Below are positions 61,554 through 64,000 of a DNA stretch of 64,000 nucleotides, piece by piece (the first letter of the stretch is position 1; each line of letters starts with the position of its first letter). The notes under the pieces are model-generated. The model did no database searches. It was given only the letters and a program-made list of their open reading frames with translations, and was not told the DNA's origin. A program made the translations under genes and the position numbers. This DNA is from Phycisphaerae bacterium (GTDB taxonomy: Bacteria > Planctomycetota > Phycisphaerae > UBA1845 > Fen-1342). Location of the stretch: NCBI GenBank assembly GCA_963666925.2, contig CAXXTC010000006.1, positions 69,197 through 133,196 of the forward strand, written 5' to 3'.

Positions 61554-63806
61554 ATGGCGTCGCGCAAGAAACAAGGGCGAAAACGCCGACGTAGGCGACG
61601 TACCAAGCGACCCGAGACTTTGCAGCCGGATGAAGTGTTTGAGGCCGGCCCATTCCGGATGGCTCGCTTCGGTAATATGGTTCGGTTCCAGAACACGCTT
61701 AATGAGAACGATATTGCGCGCCTTCACGAGTTGCTGGAGGGAAGTGAACCAGACGCCCGCGACTCGGTGAATCGCATCGTTGAAGAGTTGCTGTCGCTTC
61801 TCCGGGTTCACGATCCGCTGGACTTGATAGCGCCCATCAGCATTCAACGGTCCTTTGGTAACGTCGACGATCCAGAGAGTGCCAAGGATCGCGAACCAGT
61901 GTATGACGTTGAGCACCTGATCAGCCTTGCTACTGCCCAGCCTGCGCCCGTGTCCGCCCGTGCCGCAACCTCGGAAGTCATTCAGCGAGCGTTCGATCTC
62001 CTCACAGAACTCAGGAGCGCGTTGTCTTGGTACTTCATCGTTAGAAGTGCATCGATCGGTGATACGGAGGAAGAGGAACTTCGTTCTACGACGCGCTTGG
62101 AGACGCTGTTTGTTCGGGGCGACGAATATGAGCAGATCGCCCGGGAGATATTCTTGGGGCTATTCGCACCCGTCAGCGGCTTTCTCAAGACGCATTTCGG
62201 CTTTGACGCATCAGACATCCTCTCGTTCTATGACGCAGCAGAAGAACAAGTCGAAGCCGCAGCAAATGCGTTCTTCGAGACGTTTCGCGCCGCCGTTGAG
62301 TATGAGGCAGCGGAACTGCCGCCTCCAGACGTTGTGGATGTGCCAGAGAACACGCCGCTCGCGCAAGACCTGCCGAACTCAACGAAGGTCGTGTTTGAGG
62401 TAAGTCCCCGACAGAGAACAGATGAACTCATCTGCACGGCGCTATCGCATGGCTTCGGTGAGAATGCCGGATTCCTGACCGACATTCCGGGGTGGCGCGG
62501 ATGGCCGTTGAACCCCTCATTGCTAGATACAAGACCGCTTGTGCGCTACGAGGATCGCGTCTACCTACCTTGCCCACCAGCGATGTTCAGGGGACTGCGG
62601 AGGACGGTCTCGGAGCTCGTTAAGCAAGGCGATGCACGCTTCTTCAAAAACAGATTCGCGGCTATCCGGAGCGAGTATCTCGTCTCACGCACCCGGCAGC
62701 TGTTCGTCCGCTGGTTCGGGGAAGAGCACGTGTTCGCTAACGCGTACTACGTCCCGTCTGACAGTTCGGATCGCTGTGAGGCAGACCTCATCGTGAACCG
62801 CGGCACCGTTGCGTTGCTCGTCGAATGCAAGTCGGGGCAACTTGCGCCCTCTGCAAGGCGAGGCGGTCTAGAACGCCTGCTGATGAACCTGGACGAGCTA
62901 ATCGCGGACGCCCACAGGCAAACGATTCGAACGCTGACGTATATCCAACAAGTGCCAGTGGCGACGTTCACCGATGCAAGCGGCAAACCGCTCTGCTCCA
63001 TTGACGGTGGACGCCTCGAACACATCTTCCTGCTCAATATCACTTTGGAGCATCTGGGCAAGATCGCGTGCGACGCGCCGCGTCTATCCCGACTGAAACT
63101 GCTCAACCAACGCGCACTGCCGTGGGTGGTGTCTTTGGCCGATCTGATCGCGATCGCTGAGATTCTCGACAGGCCCAGTGTGTTTCTGCACTACTTGCTT
63201 AGGCGTGTTCGGACTGAAGAGCAGCCTGCCATTCGATTCGTCGACGAACTCGATGCCTTGATGGTCTATCTCCAACAGGGACTGCGGTTCGAAGGTTGCA
63301 CATCGCACGAGCAAGAGTCGCTCCAGATTCACAACTGGACGGACGACCTCGATCGCTATTTTCTCTGGAAATACTTGCAGACGCGGCCCAATAAGCCCCA
63401 AGTAACTGCAGTTTCAAGACCGCAGCGCCGCCTGCCTGCAGAGAGTGACCAGCTCATATCCGCATTGGAGGCAAGCGAATCGCATGCAGCATTAAGCTGC
63501 GCGCTGGCTCTCCTTGAAATGAATGATCGCAACCTATGTACGCTCTCGCGTAAAATCGCAGAGCTTCATGCCCTTGTTCGAGGTGACGGAAGACGGCATA
63601 CGTTGAGCATTGAGTTCCCAGTGAGCGGATACGATATCGTTTTGTCGCACGACTTCGTAACACTTGACGAGAAAGAAGCAAGGCAATTCGCGCGAGTACG
63701 ATTTCGTAAAGGCAAGGCGAGACGCGTCCACGTTGTGTCGTGGACGGTTGCTAGCATGAAGCCAATGACGATTGATCGAGCGATGGCGTGGACGTTCACT
63801 CGTTAA
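61554..63806 (+). CDS. Large protein with NERD-like PD-(D/E)xK nuclease domain
   Basis: EADLIV...ALLVECKS...AHRQ motif; visibly lower GC and more A/T-ending codons than the neighbours. Confidence 0.75.
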   Translation: MASRKKQGRKRRRRRRTKRPETLQPDEVFEAGPFRMARFGNMVRFQNTLNENDIARLHELLEGSEPDARDSVNRIVEELLSLLRVHDPLDLIAPISIQRSFGNVDDPESAKDREPVYDVEHLISLATAQPAPVSARAATSEVIQRAFDLLTELRSALSWYFIVRSASIGDTEEEELRSTTRLETLFVRGDEYEQIAREIFLGLFAPVSGFLKTHFGFDASDILSFYDAAEEQVEAAANAFFETFRAAVEYEAAELPPPDVVDVPENTPLAQDLPNSTKVVFEVSPRQRTDELICTALSHGFGENAGFLTDIPGWRGWPLNPSLLDTRPLVRYEDRVYLPCPPAMFRGLRRTVSELVKQGDARFFKNRFAAIRSEYLVSRTRQLFVRWFGEEHVFANAYYVPSDSSDRCEADLIVNRGTVALLVECKSGQLAPSARRGGLERLLMNLDELIADAHRQTIRTLTYIQQVPVATFTDASGKPLCSIDGGRLEHIFLLNITLEHLGKIACDAPRLSRLKLLNQRALPWVVSLADLIAIAEILDRPSVFLHYLLRRVRTEEQPAIRFVDELDALMVYLQQGLRFEGCTSHEQESLQIHNWTDDLDRYFLWKYLQTRPNKPQVTAVSRPQRRLPAESDQLISALEASESHAALSCALALLEMNDRNLCTLSRKIAELHALVRGDGRRHTLSIEFPVSGYDIVLSHDFVTLDEKEARQFARVRFRKGKARRVHVVSWTVASMKPMTIDRAMAWTFTR

Positions 63807-64000
63807 CCCAGGCGCAAGGCGTACAGCAGTCCGGCGAAGCCCGGAAGTCCGGGACAGCTACTTCTTGCCTGGTCACCGAATGCCATGCGCAGGACGCTAC
63901 CCAGGTACTTGCGCAAATCGGATGGTCGATTCCGCCTGACCATTCAAGCAACGCACCAGCGAGGGGAAAAGAAGTCCAAGGAAGGGATCTGGGGAAACCT

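Overview
High-GC bacterial chromosome segment. I infer Planctomycetota, probably Phycisphaerae-like, from the dockerin-like 'GDxNCDGxxNFDDI' tail, the prepilin-type gene, the CxxCxYDLRG zinc-finger membrane protein, the 23S-5S unit with no 16S, and a dcw remnant lacking ftsA/ftsZ. Most of the window is housekeeping: MoxR-DUF58-BatA, rpmI-rplT, PPi-PFK, pdhAB, rluA, yggS, thrS-infC, murC-murB-ddl-ftsQ-like, bamA, a POR-type 2-oxoacid oxidoreductase, mlaD, three tRNAs, 23S and 5S rRNA. The most notable observations are: (1) a NikR-type palindrome overlapping the promoter of a secreted dockerin-tailed protein plus pseudopilin operon; (2) a CdaA-CdaR-like fusion diadenylate cyclase with variant catalytic motifs; (3) a POR gamma-GltD-ferredoxin triple fusion; (4) two multi-TM genes where ftsA-ftsZ normally lie; (5) a 6S-like structured RNA candidate upstream of thrS; (6) a direct-repeat-bounded array of six orphan genes beside tRNA-Met; (7) two MITE families, REP-like palindromes and an RHS relic; (8) a lower-GC PD-(D/E)xK nuclease gene; (9) a local G/C skew reversal that begins inside a gene. 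Five single-base frameshifts, two of them in murC, are probably assembly errors. All calls come from motif recognition by eye; no searches were run.
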